From positions 6,435 to 70,434 of the forward strand of contig CAZQGH010000002.1 in NCBI GenBank assembly GCA_964592915.1: a DNA stretch of 64,000 nt, read 5' to 3'. Source of the DNA: Candidatus Woesearchaeota archaeon. GTDB taxonomy: Archaea > Nanobdellota > Nanobdellia > Pacearchaeales > GW2011-AR1. The first letter of the stretch is position 1. Each line of letters opens with the position of its first letter. The notes beneath the pieces were generated by a model. It worked only from the letters and a program-made list of their open reading frames with translations. It was not told where the DNA came from and did no database searches. This document shows positions 20,183 through 29,793 of this stretch, piece by piece. The translations under genes and the position numbers were made by a program.

Positions 20183-21445
20183 ATGTTAGATATTAATTTA
20201 TTAAGAGAAAATCCTGAGAAAGTCAAGAAAAGTGTAATAAACAGAGGAAAGGATGAAAAAATAGTTGATGAATTTTTAAAATTAGATGAAAACTGGAGAG
20301 AATTAAAGAAAAAATCTGATGAACTGAGAGCTTATAGAAACAAGCTGAGCAAGGAAATAAATCAGGCAAAAAAATCAGGAAAAGATGTTAAAAAGCTGAT
20401 AAAAAAAGCAAAAGAAATCCCGAAGAAACTGGAAAAAGCTGAAAAGAAACTTAATCAGATTGAGAAACAAAGGCGTGAAATATGGAAAAAAATTCCCAAT
20501 CTTGTTGATAAATCTGTTCCTATTGGAGATGAAAGCAAAAATAAAGTAATTAAAAAATACGGAAAAACCAAGAAAGGAGAAAAAGCACATGCAGATATTA
20601 TGGAAAATATGGATTTAATTGACACAGAAAAAGCTTCTTTTGTTTCAGGAGCAAGATTTTATTATTTGAAAAGAGAATTAGTTAAATTGAATTTAGCTAT
20701 AATCAATTTTGCTATTGATTTTCTATATGATAAGAATTTTATATTAATGCAGCCTCCTTATATGTTGAGAAGAGAAATTTTAGAAGGTGCAATAAATTAT
20801 GAAACTTTCGAAGATGCGATTTATAAAATTGAAAATGAAGATTTATATTTAATTGGAACTGCAGAGCATGCTTTAAATGCTTATAAATCTGGTGAGGTGA
20901 TTAATCCAAAGGAATTACCCTTAAGATTTGCAGGTATTTCTCCGTGTTTTAGAAAAGAGGCTGGAGCTCATGGTAAAGATACAAAAGGCATATTTAGGAC
21001 TCATCAGTTTGAGAAAGTTGAGCAGTTTGTTTTTTGTAAACCTAGTGAGTCATGGAAAGAGTATGAACTAATATTAAATAATACTATAGAAATGTTTAAG
21101 CAGATAGGCATTCCTTTCAGAACTGTTATTTTGTCAAGTGAGGATATGGGCTCTATACCAACAAAAACAATTGATTTAGAAGGATGGTTTCCTAGTCAGA
21201 ATCAGTATAGAGAATTAGCTTCTTGTTCTAATTGTCTGGATTATCAAGCTAGGAGAAGCAATACAAGATTTCAGGATGGAAACGAATTAAATTATGTTCA
21301 CACTTTAAATAATACAGCTATTGCTACAGAAAGAATGATGACATGTATTGTTGAGAATTTTGTTAATAATAAAGGAGAGATTGAAGTTCCTAAAGTTTTG
21401 CAAAAATACACTGGTTTTAAGATTATTAAACCTGTTAAAAATTAA
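20183..21445 (+). CDS. serS: seryl-tRNA synthetase
   Basis: N-terminal coiled-coil arm (MLDINLLRENPEKV) and class II motifs (RFAGISPCFRKEAG, GTAEHA). Confidence 0.85.
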   Translation: MLDINLLRENPEKVKKSVINRGKDEKIVDEFLKLDENWRELKKKSDELRAYRNKLSKEINQAKKSGKDVKKLIKKAKEIPKKLEKAEKKLNQIEKQRREIWKKIPNLVDKSVPIGDESKNKVIKKYGKTKKGEKAHADIMENMDLIDTEKASFVSGARFYYLKRELVKLNLAIINFAIDFLYDKNFILMQPPYMLRREILEGAINYETFEDAIYKIENEDLYLIGTAEHALNAYKSGEVINPKELPLRFAGISPCFRKEAGAHGKDTKGIFRTHQFEKVEQFVFCKPSESWKEYELILNNTIEMFKQIGIPFRTVILSSEDMGSIPTKTIDLEGWFPSQNQYRELASCSNCLDYQARRSNTRFQDGNELNYVHTLNNTAIATERMMTCIVENFVNNKGEIEVPKVLQKYTGFKIIKPVKN

Positions 21446-22644
21446 GTTATTACAGAATAAACTGATTCTAAATCTCTTATATAATCAAGTATTTCTTCAT
21501 TGGGCATTTGATATAATCTAAATCTCGTTTTTGCGGTTGTGGTTCCTTGCAGATGGTCTGAGGAATTATCTTTGATATTAATATCTTCAGATGCAAGCAT
21601 TTGAGTTATGTTTGCAAAAACTCCAGGTTCATCTTCATGATGGATATGAACAACATATAATTCAGTTTTTTCATCCTCTTCTCCATCTCCGTCAGAAATA
21701 TTAATAAAATTTCTTGATTCTCCATTTTTCAGGTAATTAACTATAACTTCAGCCATTTCAATGGCTGTTTTTCTTTGTGCTTCTTGGGTATTTGCCCCTA
21801 AATGTGATGTTAAGACAATATTATCTAAACTCTTATACTTATTTTTCCATTTTTCTCCTTCTTTTCCTTCATCTCTGTAAACATCTAATCCTGCGCCTCT
21901 TATTTTTCCAGTTGCCAATGCGCCATAGACTGTTTCATTATCTATATTTTCGCCTCTTGATACATTGATTAGTATTGAATTTTCATTCATTAATTCTATT
22001 TCTTTTTCTCCAATAATTACAGATTTTCCTCCAGTATGTATTGAAACAAAATCTGCATTTTTCAAAACAAATTCTTTATCTTTTAACTGGATTTTTGAAT
22101 CTGGATATCCTGCTTTAACTTTTTCAGGGTATAAATCACTTCCAATAACCCAATCAAATGGGGGAGATGCTAGTTGGGATAATCTTTGTCCTATTCTTCC
22201 GCAGCCCAAAATCCCTAAAGTTCTTCCTGATAATTCTATACCTTTAAATTGTTTTTTTGCCCAAATGCCATTTTTCAATTCATAATGTGACTGGGGGATA
22301 AATCTTGAAACTGCAAACATTAAACCTAGAGCATGCTCTGCAGCTGCATTTGTATTTCCGTTTGGAGCATTTGCAACAGGAATTCCATATTCTGATGCAG
22401 TTTGAATATCAATATTGTCATAACCCACTCCTGCTCTTCCGATTATTTTTAATTTCCCTCCATACCCCGCTTCTATTACTTCTGGAGTAACTTTTGTTGC
22501 ACTTCTTACAACAAGAGCATCATAATTTCTAATATCCTGGATTAAATCATCTAAACTTCTTTTTTCAGAATCAGTTTCAAATCCAGCATTTTGTAAAATT
22601 TCAACGCCTTCTTGAGATAATCCATCATTAAGTAATATTTTCAT
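21442..22644 (-). CDS. serA: D-3-phosphoglycerate dehydrogenase-like 2-hydroxyacid dehydrogenase with C-terminal ACT domain
   Basis: GILGCGRIGQRL NAD-binding fold, and a catalytic region with ACT-like C-terminus. Overlaps the serS stop by 4 nt (convergent). Confidence 0.6.
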   Translation of the reverse strand: MKILLNDGLSQEGVEILQNAGFETDSEKRSLDDLIQDIRNYDALVVRSATKVTPEVIEAGYGGKLKIIGRAGVGYDNIDIQTASEYGIPVANAPNGNTNAAAEHALGLMFAVSRFIPQSHYELKNGIWAKKQFKGIELSGRTLGILGCGRIGQRLSQLASPPFDWVIGSDLYPEKVKAGYPDSKIQLKDKEFVLKNADFVSIHTGGKSVIIGEKEIELMNENSILINVSRGENIDNETVYGALATGKIRGAGLDVYRDEGKEGEKWKNKYKSLDNIVLTSHLGANTQEAQRKTAIEMAEVIVNYLKNGESRNFINISDGDGEEDEKTELYVVHIHHEDEPGVFANITQMLASEDINIKDNSSDHLQGTTTAKTRFRLYQMPNEEILDYIRDLESVYSVIT

Positions 22645-22744
22645 AATATTATTTAGAGATTTTACTTAAATAGATTGTTATGATAAGAGATATATTATTC
22701 AGTTATATGAAACAATTTATAAATAAAATTTTCTTAGTTATACA

Positions 22745-23386
22745 ATGGCAAAAAATAAATCAAATGACAAGAAAACAGATAAAAAAATGCAAAAAAAACT
22801 GAGGATTTTAGCAGCAGGAGATATTCATGGAGACAGCAAGTTATCAAAAAGTTTAGCTGAAAAAGCCAAAAAAGAGCATGTTGATTTAGTTATATTAACT
22901 GGAGATATAACTTCTCCAGTGGAATCTAAAAATTTGATAAAGCCATTTAAAGATAAACATCAGAAAGTTTTGTTAATTCCTGGCAACTGGGACAGTTTTG
23001 CTACAGTTGATTTTTTAGCTGAATTATACGGAATGAGAAATATACATGGTTATTCTGTTAAGTATCATGATGTGGGGATATTTGGAGCTGGAGGAGCGTT
23101 AGGTTTTGATACATCTGATAAAGAATTATTCAATACATTGAAAAGAGGAAATTCTGCATTAAAAGGAGTTGAAAAGAAAATTATGGTTACTCATATGCAT
23201 CCTAAAGATTCTAAATCTGAATTTTCAGGAATCGAAGGTTCTGAAGGCATAAAAAAAGCAATTAAAAAATTCAAGCCTGATTTTTTATTGCATGCCCATA
23301 TACATGAAGCTGAAGGATTAGAAGAGCAGATTGGTAAGACAAAAGTCATTAATGTTGGCAAGAAGGGAAAGATTATTGAGATATGA
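22745..23386 (+). CDS. metallophosphoesterase (calcineurin-like)
   Basis: GDIHGD, LTGDIT, PGNWD, HMHP and HAHIHE motifs. Confidence 0.65.
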   Translation: MAKNKSNDKKTDKKMQKKLRILAAGDIHGDSKLSKSLAEKAKKEHVDLVILTGDITSPVESKNLIKPFKDKHQKVLLIPGNWDSFATVDFLAELYGMRNIHGYSVKYHDVGIFGAGGALGFDTSDKELFNTLKRGNSALKGVEKKIMVTHMHPKDSKSEFSGIEGSEGIKKAIKKFKPDFLLHAHIHEAEGLEEQIGKTKVINVGKKGKIIEI

Positions 23387-23969
23387 TTACCAGTGATATG
23401 TTTTTTTTTATGTAAATCATATCTTCTTCAATAAATGGTCTCATTGCCTTTCCTATCCCCTGAACTTGTTCTCTTTGTTTTTTAGTTAGACTTTCTAGTG
23501 TTCTATTAGCCCTATCAGATACATCTATTGTTAAGAAACTTACTGAATGAGGAACTTCAAAAATGTTACTAGCAAATTCATATACTTCACATACAGGAGT
23601 AGGGTCAAAATAAGGATTGCATTTATTTGCCCATCCATATTTAATCATTTTTTCAATAGGTTCTATAACTGCTGAATCAATTTTAGCTCTTCTTTCTTCA
23701 GTCATCTGTTCTTGGAAATAAGGGATAAGTGTCTTTTCAAATCCTCCTCTTTCAAAATAATATCTATGATTATCAACTTTTCCTGCTGAACCTCCTACAA
23801 AACTTATAGTTCCGTTTACTAGCTCTGACAATAAGAATTTTCCAATTGTGGGAAATTCTTTTTTTCCTGAATTCATGGGTGAAACAAGAAAAGTTTCAAA
23901 CAATTCTCTTCTTTGTTTGTATGCTTTGATTTCAGCTTTAAAATTAGTTAGTGGTTTTTGTTTTGACAT
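23373..23969 (-). CDS. hypothetical protein, last gene of a five-gene overlapping operon
   Basis: 198 aa. Overlaps the upstream gene by 26 nt. No recognisable domain. Confidence 0.35.
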   Translation of the reverse strand: MSKQKPLTNFKAEIKAYKQRRELFETFLVSPMNSGKKEFPTIGKFLLSELVNGTISFVGGSAGKVDNHRYYFERGGFEKTLIPYFQEQMTEERRAKIDSAVIEPIEKMIKYGWANKCNPYFDPTPVCEVYEFASNIFEVPHSVSFLTIDVSDRANRTLESLTKKQREQVQGIGKAMRPFIEEDMIYIKKNISLVIISQ

Positions 23970-24522
23970 TTTTTCTTTTCAATTTTTTATCTTTTGGATT
24001 TCCTTTTCTGTCCCTTGGATAATTTTTGCCTAAAATACCGCATCTAACCCATGTTATATTTAAGTCCTCATTGTTTATTTCAGCTAAATAAGTATCGCAA
24101 TCGTAAGTTCTGAAATCTCCGTTTTCAAGCTTTTCTGTTATCAAATCAGTTAGTTTATCTGATTTTAATTCAACATATCTGTTTCCATAATGAACTTCAA
24201 ATAAAATTCCTTCAAAAGGAGATATTTGTTTTAATTTTTGATATTGTTTTGTGCAGGTTTTGCAGGTTCTCAGCATTCTTGCCCATTCTGTTTTATCTCC
24301 TTTTTCCAATTTTTCAAGTTTTTCATCCAAACTTTTTGCAATGTTTGTTCTTCCAGTCCAGAAACCTCCGTTTACAGAGTCAGTTTCTTTTGCTGAATTC
24401 ATCAAATTACCATATGAATCTTCAGAAGGATTTTTCAAATAAGAAACTAACTTATCAATAAACTCTGAATATCTTCTGTTTCTTTTTTCATCTCTTGCTA
24501 AATCTGAAAATGCGTCTGTCAT
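23944..24522 (-). CDS. hypothetical protein (operon gene 4)
   Basis: 192 aa. Its ATGA overlaps the upstream gene. Lys-rich C-terminus. No recognisable domain. Confidence 0.35.
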   Translation of the reverse strand: MTDAFSDLARDEKRNRRYSEFIDKLVSYLKNPSEDSYGNLMNSAKETDSVNGGFWTGRTNIAKSLDEKLEKLEKGDKTEWARMLRTCKTCTKQYQKLKQISPFEGILFEVHYGNRYVELKSDKLTDLITEKLENGDFRTYDCDTYLAEINNEDLNITWVRCGILGKNYPRDRKGNPKDKKLKRKNVKTKTTN

Positions 24523-24965
24523 TTTATAAAATTTAAGTGCAATTGTCCTGATTTATCTGAAATTAAACCTGCTTCAATTAGGTTTTCTTCAGGAAGTGGC
24601 ATTAAGACAACAGTATTTAATGCTGAATTAAAAGGGGAGTTTTGAGACTGGTCAATTAATGATTTTAATATGTAGTCAATGAACTTTACTCTGTCTTCCT
24701 TTCTGATTTCTTTTTCACAGTTTTTTGAGATATTGAGCAAAGTTTCTTCTAATGTTGAAGGTAATGTATAGGATGTTCCATTTGTTGTGAAATGAAACAT
24801 ATATTTCTTGTCTTCTTTTTTATCTGTTATTGCTCCTGTGCCTTCATACCAGGAATATGCAGATTCAATATAACCAGCTACTAATGCCTGTTTTATTATT
24901 TGTTTACTTGCTTTACTTCCCGAAAAGATTCCTTGGTATCTATTTCCTTCTAATTTGCATCTCAT
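24519..24965 (-). CDS. hypothetical protein (operon gene 3)
   Basis: 148 aa. Overlaps neighbours on both sides. Confidence 0.35.
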   Translation of the reverse strand: MRCKLEGNRYQGIFSGSKASKQIIKQALVAGYIESAYSWYEGTGAITDKKEDKKYMFHFTTNGTSYTLPSTLEETLLNISKNCEKEIRKEDRVKFIDYILKSLIDQSQNSPFNSALNTVVLMPLPEENLIEAGLISDKSGQLHLNFIK

Positions 24966-25227
24966 TTTTTTCAGTTTTAAGAGGAATTATTATTTTTGAT
25001 TCCAAACCAGGAATTTCAGCCTGCTTTATGGTATTCATATACTCTAACTTATCCAATACACCCTGAAAAGTGGTTCCACGAGGAAAAAGACCATGGTCTC
25101 CGGGAGTTATCATTGTCACATCCATAGCTTCTTCATAAGTAAGGTATATCCTGCCTAATTTCCTGCATTTTTTCAGGTATGCTTCTGGCAAAACATTGAA
25201 ATATCTTTTATTAGTCATTTTCTTCAT
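24940..25227 (-). CDS. hypothetical small protein (operon gene 2)
   Basis: 95 aa. Overlaps the MTase stop by 17 nt. Confidence 0.3.
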   Translation of the reverse strand: MKKMTNKRYFNVLPEAYLKKCRKLGRIYLTYEEAMDVTMITPGDHGLFPRGTTFQGVLDKLEYMNTIKQAEIPGLESKIIIPLKTEKNEMQIRRK

Positions 25228-25909
25228 TTAATTTTTTTAGCATGAATATGGCATGATGCGGATAAGTAGAATCAGAAACAGGTTTGAGTTCAAATAATCT
25301 GAAAAGATAAAATCTTGCTTTGTTTATGCTGTGAATATAATCTTCAAATAACCTATAATAATTAAATCTTTTAATTCCTTTCCAGTATTCATAATGTTTT
25401 CCCTTAACAAAGTAATTCATTTCATTATATTTTACCATTTTTCTTAAAGGGTGAGGAACTGCAAATACAACCTCGCCATTATCATCTAAAATTCTGTTAA
25501 ATTCTTTTAATACTGGAATAATATTCCTTTTATACATTAAAGAAAATATTGAGATAATTATATTAAATGAATTATTTCTAAAAGTTGTGGATTCCATATC
25601 TGAGATTTTAAATGTTGTTCTTGGATAATTTTTCATTGCAATTTCTATGCATTTATCACGGATATCTATGCCAAAAGTTTTGGCTTTTTTATAATCATAA
25701 CATTCAGAACCCTCTCCGCACCCTGCAAAAAGGATTTTTTTATTTTTTGTTTCACCTAAATTTGTTTTTATCATTTTTCTTATATGCTTATTTTCTTTGT
25801 ATTTAGTTTGCTTTTTTGAAAACTCAGAACATTGTTTGTTGTAGAGTTCTTTTGCTTCTTGCTCATCTTTTCTCTCCATAAATAATAAGGAGTTTGCAAC
25901 TATATACAT
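25211..25909 (-). CDS. class I SAM-dependent methyltransferase (operon gene 1)
   Basis: ILFAGCGEGSE (motif I) with an acidic residue after beta2 (GIDIRD). UbiE/Methyltransf_11-like, not a DNA MTase. Confidence 0.6.
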   Translation of the reverse strand: MYIVANSLLFMERKDEQEAKELYNKQCSEFSKKQTKYKENKHIRKMIKTNLGETKNKKILFAGCGEGSECYDYKKAKTFGIDIRDKCIEIAMKNYPRTTFKISDMESTTFRNNSFNIIISIFSLMYKRNIIPVLKEFNRILDDNGEVVFAVPHPLRKMVKYNEMNYFVKGKHYEYWKGIKRFNYYRLFEDYIHSINKARFYLFRLFELKPVSDSTYPHHAIFMLKKLNEEND

Positions 25910-25983
25910 GTTATTGTCAAAATTTTGTCAATAGTGTTGCATAATATAGAAAAGCTTAAATATTAATGAATTAGTATAAAATT

Positions 25984-26823
25984 ATGTTAGATAGTCAGAC
26001 AATTAAAAAAATAGAGGAATTTGTTTATTCTCAGCCACGTTCAATGCAGGAAATTGCCAAACATATTGGAAAGTCATGGAGAACTATAGACAGATATGTT
26101 AAAGAAATTGAAAAAGAATACGGAACTATTTCTATGAAAACATTCAGAAAAGGAACAAGAGGAGCGTTAAAAGTTGTTTATTGGAGCAGTGTTGAAAAAG
26201 TTTCTAATTCAGTATTTCAGGAAAGACTTGAAGAGGAGATAATGAGATTAAAGAAAAAAGAAGATTTTTCAGCTTTTGAAATTTATCAGCATGTTTCAGA
26301 TAAAAAAAAGAAAGCAACAATTGAAAAAAAATACAGAGAAGATGAAACTAATTTAAGAGAGTTGAAGCAGTATATGGAAAAATCAAAAAAGCAGATATTA
26401 CTGTTTTCTGGAAATTTGTCATGGGTAAATCTGGAAAATAAAGAAATAAGTTTTTTTGATGAATTAGATAAGTTAGTAAAAAGAGGGATTCCAATAAAAA
26501 TTTTAACAAGAGTAGATTTAGCTGGTTTAAAAAACACTGAAAAAGTGTTGTCGCTAAATTTTAAATATGGCAAAGAATTGGTTGAAATCAGGCATTGTGA
26601 ACAACCTTTAAGAGCGATAATTATTGACAAGCAAATAGCAAGGTTAAAAGAAATAAAGGAGCCAACTGGCAAGATACATGAATTAAATAAAAGGCTTTAT
26701 ATATTCTATACTATAAATGATAAAGAGTGGGTTGAATGGCTTTCAAGAATATTTTGGAAGTTGTTTTCAAATAGTATAGATGCAAACAAGAGAATTGAAG
26801 AGCTTAGGAAGTTAAAAAAATAA
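25984..26823 (+). CDS. HTH-domain transcriptional regulator (possibly TrmB-like), divergent from the MTase operon
   Basis: N-terminal wHTH SMQEIAKHIGKSWRTIDRYVKEIE. C-terminal domain unassigned. Confidence 0.4.
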   Translation: MLDSQTIKKIEEFVYSQPRSMQEIAKHIGKSWRTIDRYVKEIEKEYGTISMKTFRKGTRGALKVVYWSSVEKVSNSVFQERLEEEIMRLKKKEDFSAFEIYQHVSDKKKKATIEKKYREDETNLRELKQYMEKSKKQILLFSGNLSWVNLENKEISFFDELDKLVKRGIPIKILTRVDLAGLKNTEKVLSLNFKYGKELVEIRHCEQPLRAIIIDKQIARLKEIKEPTGKIHELNKRLYIFYTINDKEWVEWLSRIFWKLFSNSIDANKRIEELRKLKK

Positions 26824-26842
26824 AAAAATTAAACGAAAAAAC

Positions 26843-29269
26843 ATGGTGTATCAAAATCAGGATGATTATTTTCAGTTTGATGTTAGAGATGTAAAGCATA
26901 CAACTGAAGTTCCGGTAAGGCAAATTTCAGAAAAAGATATAATAAAAATCGAAAAGATGGGTTCAAAAAAATCAAAAAACAAAAAAAATAAAGGAGAATA
27001 CAATTTAATTATAACTGAAAAGCCTCAGGCAGCATTGAAAATAGCAACTGCTTTGGGCAATTATAAAAAATTAGTGGAAAAAAAGGTTCCTTATTATGAA
27101 TTGGAGGTAAACGGAGAAAAAACTGTTATTGCATGCGCAGTAGGGCATTTATTTAATCTTACCTCAGATGGGAAAGGGTGGCCTATTTTTGATATGAAAT
27201 GGGAGCCTAATTTTAAAATAAGAAAGCAGGATTGGAGCAGGAAATATTATCAGGTTTTGAAAAGCCTTGCTAAAAATGCCAAAGAGTTTATTGTTGCTAC
27301 AGACTATGACATTGAAGGAGAAGTAATAGGATGGAATGTAGTGAGATTTTTAGCAAAAGAAAAAGATGCTAAAAGAATGAAATTCTCAACCCTAACTAAA
27401 AAAGAATTAGAAAAATCATTTAAAAATTTAATGCCCAGCATTAACTGGGGGCATGCTATTGCAGGAGAAACTCGGCATTATCTGGACTGGATGTATGGAA
27501 TTAATCTTTCCAGAGGATTAATGGAAGCAATAAAATCAACCGGAAAATTTAGAATTATGTCTATTGGCAGAGTTCAGGGACCAGCTTTAGATTTAATAGT
27601 TAATAAAGAAAGGGAGATTCATAAATTTGAACCTGAACCATACTGGCAGATTTTTGTAAAATTAAAAAAACATGAAGCATTATTAAAATATACAAAAGAT
27701 GTAAAAGACAAGAAGAAACTTGAATTTTTTAAAAAACTGAAGGGTGGAAAAGGAAATGCCAAAACTTCAAAGAAAAAAAGAAGCATTACTCCTCCATATC
27801 CTTTTGATTTGTCTACATTGCAGAGAGAAGCTTACAGATTATTTAAGCTGAAACCTTCACGAACATTGCAATTAGCTCAGAATTTGTATTTAGCTGGAAT
27901 AATTTCATATCCAAGAACTTCCTCTCAGAAAATTCCTGAGGAGATTGAGCCGAAAAAGATTCTAAAAAGATTAAAATCCCGTTTTAAACAAGTTGAGCAT
28001 GTAAAAAGAGATAAACCTGTCGAAGGTAAGAAATCAGACCCGGCTCATCCTTCTATATACCCTACTGGGGAGTTTGGAGCCATGTCAAAAGAAGAAGGGA
28101 AAATTTATAATTTGGTTGTAAAAAGATTTATTTCATGCTTTTGTGAAAATGCTGAGGTTGAGGATAAGAGAATCAACTTTATTATCCATAAGAAAGATAA
28201 AAAATACAGGTTTACTGTTTCTGGATTAGAAGTTTTAAATAAAGCATGGATGAATGTTTATCCTGTTAAAATGAAAGAAGAGCAAATAGAGGATATAAAT
28301 GGAGAAAAAGAAATTGAAAAAGTCAATATTGAAGAAAAAGAAACCAAACCTCCAAAAAGATTTACTCCTGCTTCAATTATCTCGGAATTGGAAAAGAGAA
28401 ACCTTGGAACGAAGGCAACAAGAGCTTCAATTGTTGAAACATTATATGACAGGGATTATATTAAAGAGCAGTCAATTGAAGCTACTCCTTTAGGGATGAG
28501 TCTGATTTCAACTTTGGAAGAGCATTCTCCGGTTATAATTGATGAAAAATTAACTAGAAGATTTGAAAAGCAAATGGACGGAATTCAAAAAGCTAAGAAG
28601 AATTTAACTAATTTGCAGGACATAACTCTGAAAGAAGCCAAAAAAACAATTAAGAAAATTTCGGAAGATTTTAAAGAGCATTTAAATGAGATTGGCAAGG
28701 CATTGGTAAAAGCAAATGAAAAAATGTATGAACAAGAAAGAGAAGAAAATACATTAGGGAAATGTCCCAAATGCAAAAAAGGGAATTTGGTTATTTTATA
28801 CAACCGAAAAGCCCGAAGAAATTTTATCGGATGTTCAAATTATCCTAAATGCAAACAAACTTATTCTTTACCCCCCAATGGCTTAATAAAACCAGTTAGA
28901 GATAAAGACAATAAGTTAGTAAAATGTGAAAAATGTGGATTTTCCAAATTAATGAGAATTCAGAGGGGGAAGCGGCCATGGATTTTTTGTTTTAATCCTG
29001 AATGCGAGACAAATAAAGAATGGCAGAAAAAAGCAAAAAAATACAAGAAAAGTCATGTTGTAGTTGAGAGCAAAGCAGAATTTGAAAAAACTGATAAAAA
29101 ATCCAAGAAAAAGAGCAAGAAGAAAAGTAAGAAAACAAAAAAGAAAACAGAGAAAGTACCGAAAAATAAAAAATCAAAAAAATCTGGAGGGTTTAAATGT
29201 TTAGAATGCGGAAGAAGTTTCAAGTCAAAAAGGGGTTTAAAGATTCATCAGTCAGCTAAACATAAATAA
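26843..29269 (+). CDS. topA: DNA topoisomerase IA with C-terminal zinc ribbons, Lys-rich tail and terminal C2H2 zinc finger
   Basis: TOPRIM NLIITEKPQAA. Active-site motif LAGIISYPRTSSQ. Zn ribbons CPKCKKG...CSNYPKC and CEKCG...CFNPEC. KKSKKKSKKK tail. FKCLECGRSFKSKRGLKIHQSAKH. Confidence 0.8.
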   Translation: MVYQNQDDYFQFDVRDVKHTTEVPVRQISEKDIIKIEKMGSKKSKNKKNKGEYNLIITEKPQAALKIATALGNYKKLVEKKVPYYELEVNGEKTVIACAVGHLFNLTSDGKGWPIFDMKWEPNFKIRKQDWSRKYYQVLKSLAKNAKEFIVATDYDIEGEVIGWNVVRFLAKEKDAKRMKFSTLTKKELEKSFKNLMPSINWGHAIAGETRHYLDWMYGINLSRGLMEAIKSTGKFRIMSIGRVQGPALDLIVNKEREIHKFEPEPYWQIFVKLKKHEALLKYTKDVKDKKKLEFFKKLKGGKGNAKTSKKKRSITPPYPFDLSTLQREAYRLFKLKPSRTLQLAQNLYLAGIISYPRTSSQKIPEEIEPKKILKRLKSRFKQVEHVKRDKPVEGKKSDPAHPSIYPTGEFGAMSKEEGKIYNLVVKRFISCFCENAEVEDKRINFIIHKKDKKYRFTVSGLEVLNKAWMNVYPVKMKEEQIEDINGEKEIEKVNIEEKETKPPKRFTPASIISELEKRNLGTKATRASIVETLYDRDYIKEQSIEATPLGMSLISTLEEHSPVIIDEKLTRRFEKQMDGIQKAKKNLTNLQDITLKEAKKTIKKISEDFKEHLNEIGKALVKANEKMYEQEREENTLGKCPKCKKGNLVILYNRKARRNFIGCSNYPKCKQTYSLPPNGLIKPVRDKDNKLVKCEKCGFSKLMRIQRGKRPWIFCFNPECETNKEWQKKAKKYKKSHVVVESKAEFEKTDKKSKKKSKKKSKKTKKKTEKVPKNKKSKKSGGFKCLECGRSFKSKRGLKIHQSAKHK

Positions 29270-29272
29270 TAT

Positions 29273-29644
29273 TTAATTAGAGGTATGAATAGGAATGGGA
29301 GAAAATATCCCTTGGTAAAGTTCTGCTAGAATTTTAGCATTTTCTGCGTTATCCCGTAAAATAGAGCATATTAAACTTTCTTCAAGAGCATTATATGTTT
29401 CTCTAGTTAATTTCCTTTTCTCTAGACTCTCCATAAAATAGCTTAATGCTTGGTCAATATAATCCCATGTATATCCTGATTTATGTAATGGTTCCCTATC
29501 ATAAAGAGTGGGAGAGTTTGCTTTATTTATCTGTGATAATCTATCATAAACAGGTAAACTATTTAGAACCCCTGAGTTATTAGCATTATATCTTCTTAAT
29601 TCAGTGTCAGATATTGAATTAAGCGTTTCAAAAGAAGCATGCAA
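29273..29644 (-). CDS. hypothetical protein
   Basis: 123 aa. No domain recognised. Confidence 0.3.
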   Translation of the reverse strand: MHASFETLNSISDTELRRYNANNSGVLNSLPVYDRLSQINKANSPTLYDREPLHKSGYTWDYIDQALSYFMESLEKRKLTRETYNALEESLICSILRDNAENAKILAELYQGIFSPIPIHTSN

Positions 29645-29793
29645 TTTTTTTAATTTTTCTTTAATATCTTTCTCTTTTTCAAGTAAATTATTTATTTGTT
29701 GTTTTGATTTTACTTGTGCAATATATAACTTATTAATTTAATAACTTGATTCTTTTAAAAATAATTCTATACTCAAACATATAGATTAAATTA

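Noticed and set aside
21442-22644. Calling the 2-hydroxyacid dehydrogenase strictly SerA
   Set aside because: Family-level assignment is solid (Rossmann GxGxxG plus ACT), but substrate specificity (3-PG vs glyoxylate/hydroxypyruvate) cannot be fixed from sequence. Labelled SerA-like with moderate confidence only.
28990-29180. Lys-rich KKSKKKSKKK low-complexity repeats, as a possible CRISPR or tandem DNA repeat
   Set aside because: They lie inside the topA reading frame and are coding low-complexity sequence. No spacer-repeat periodicity anywhere in the window, so no CRISPR array.
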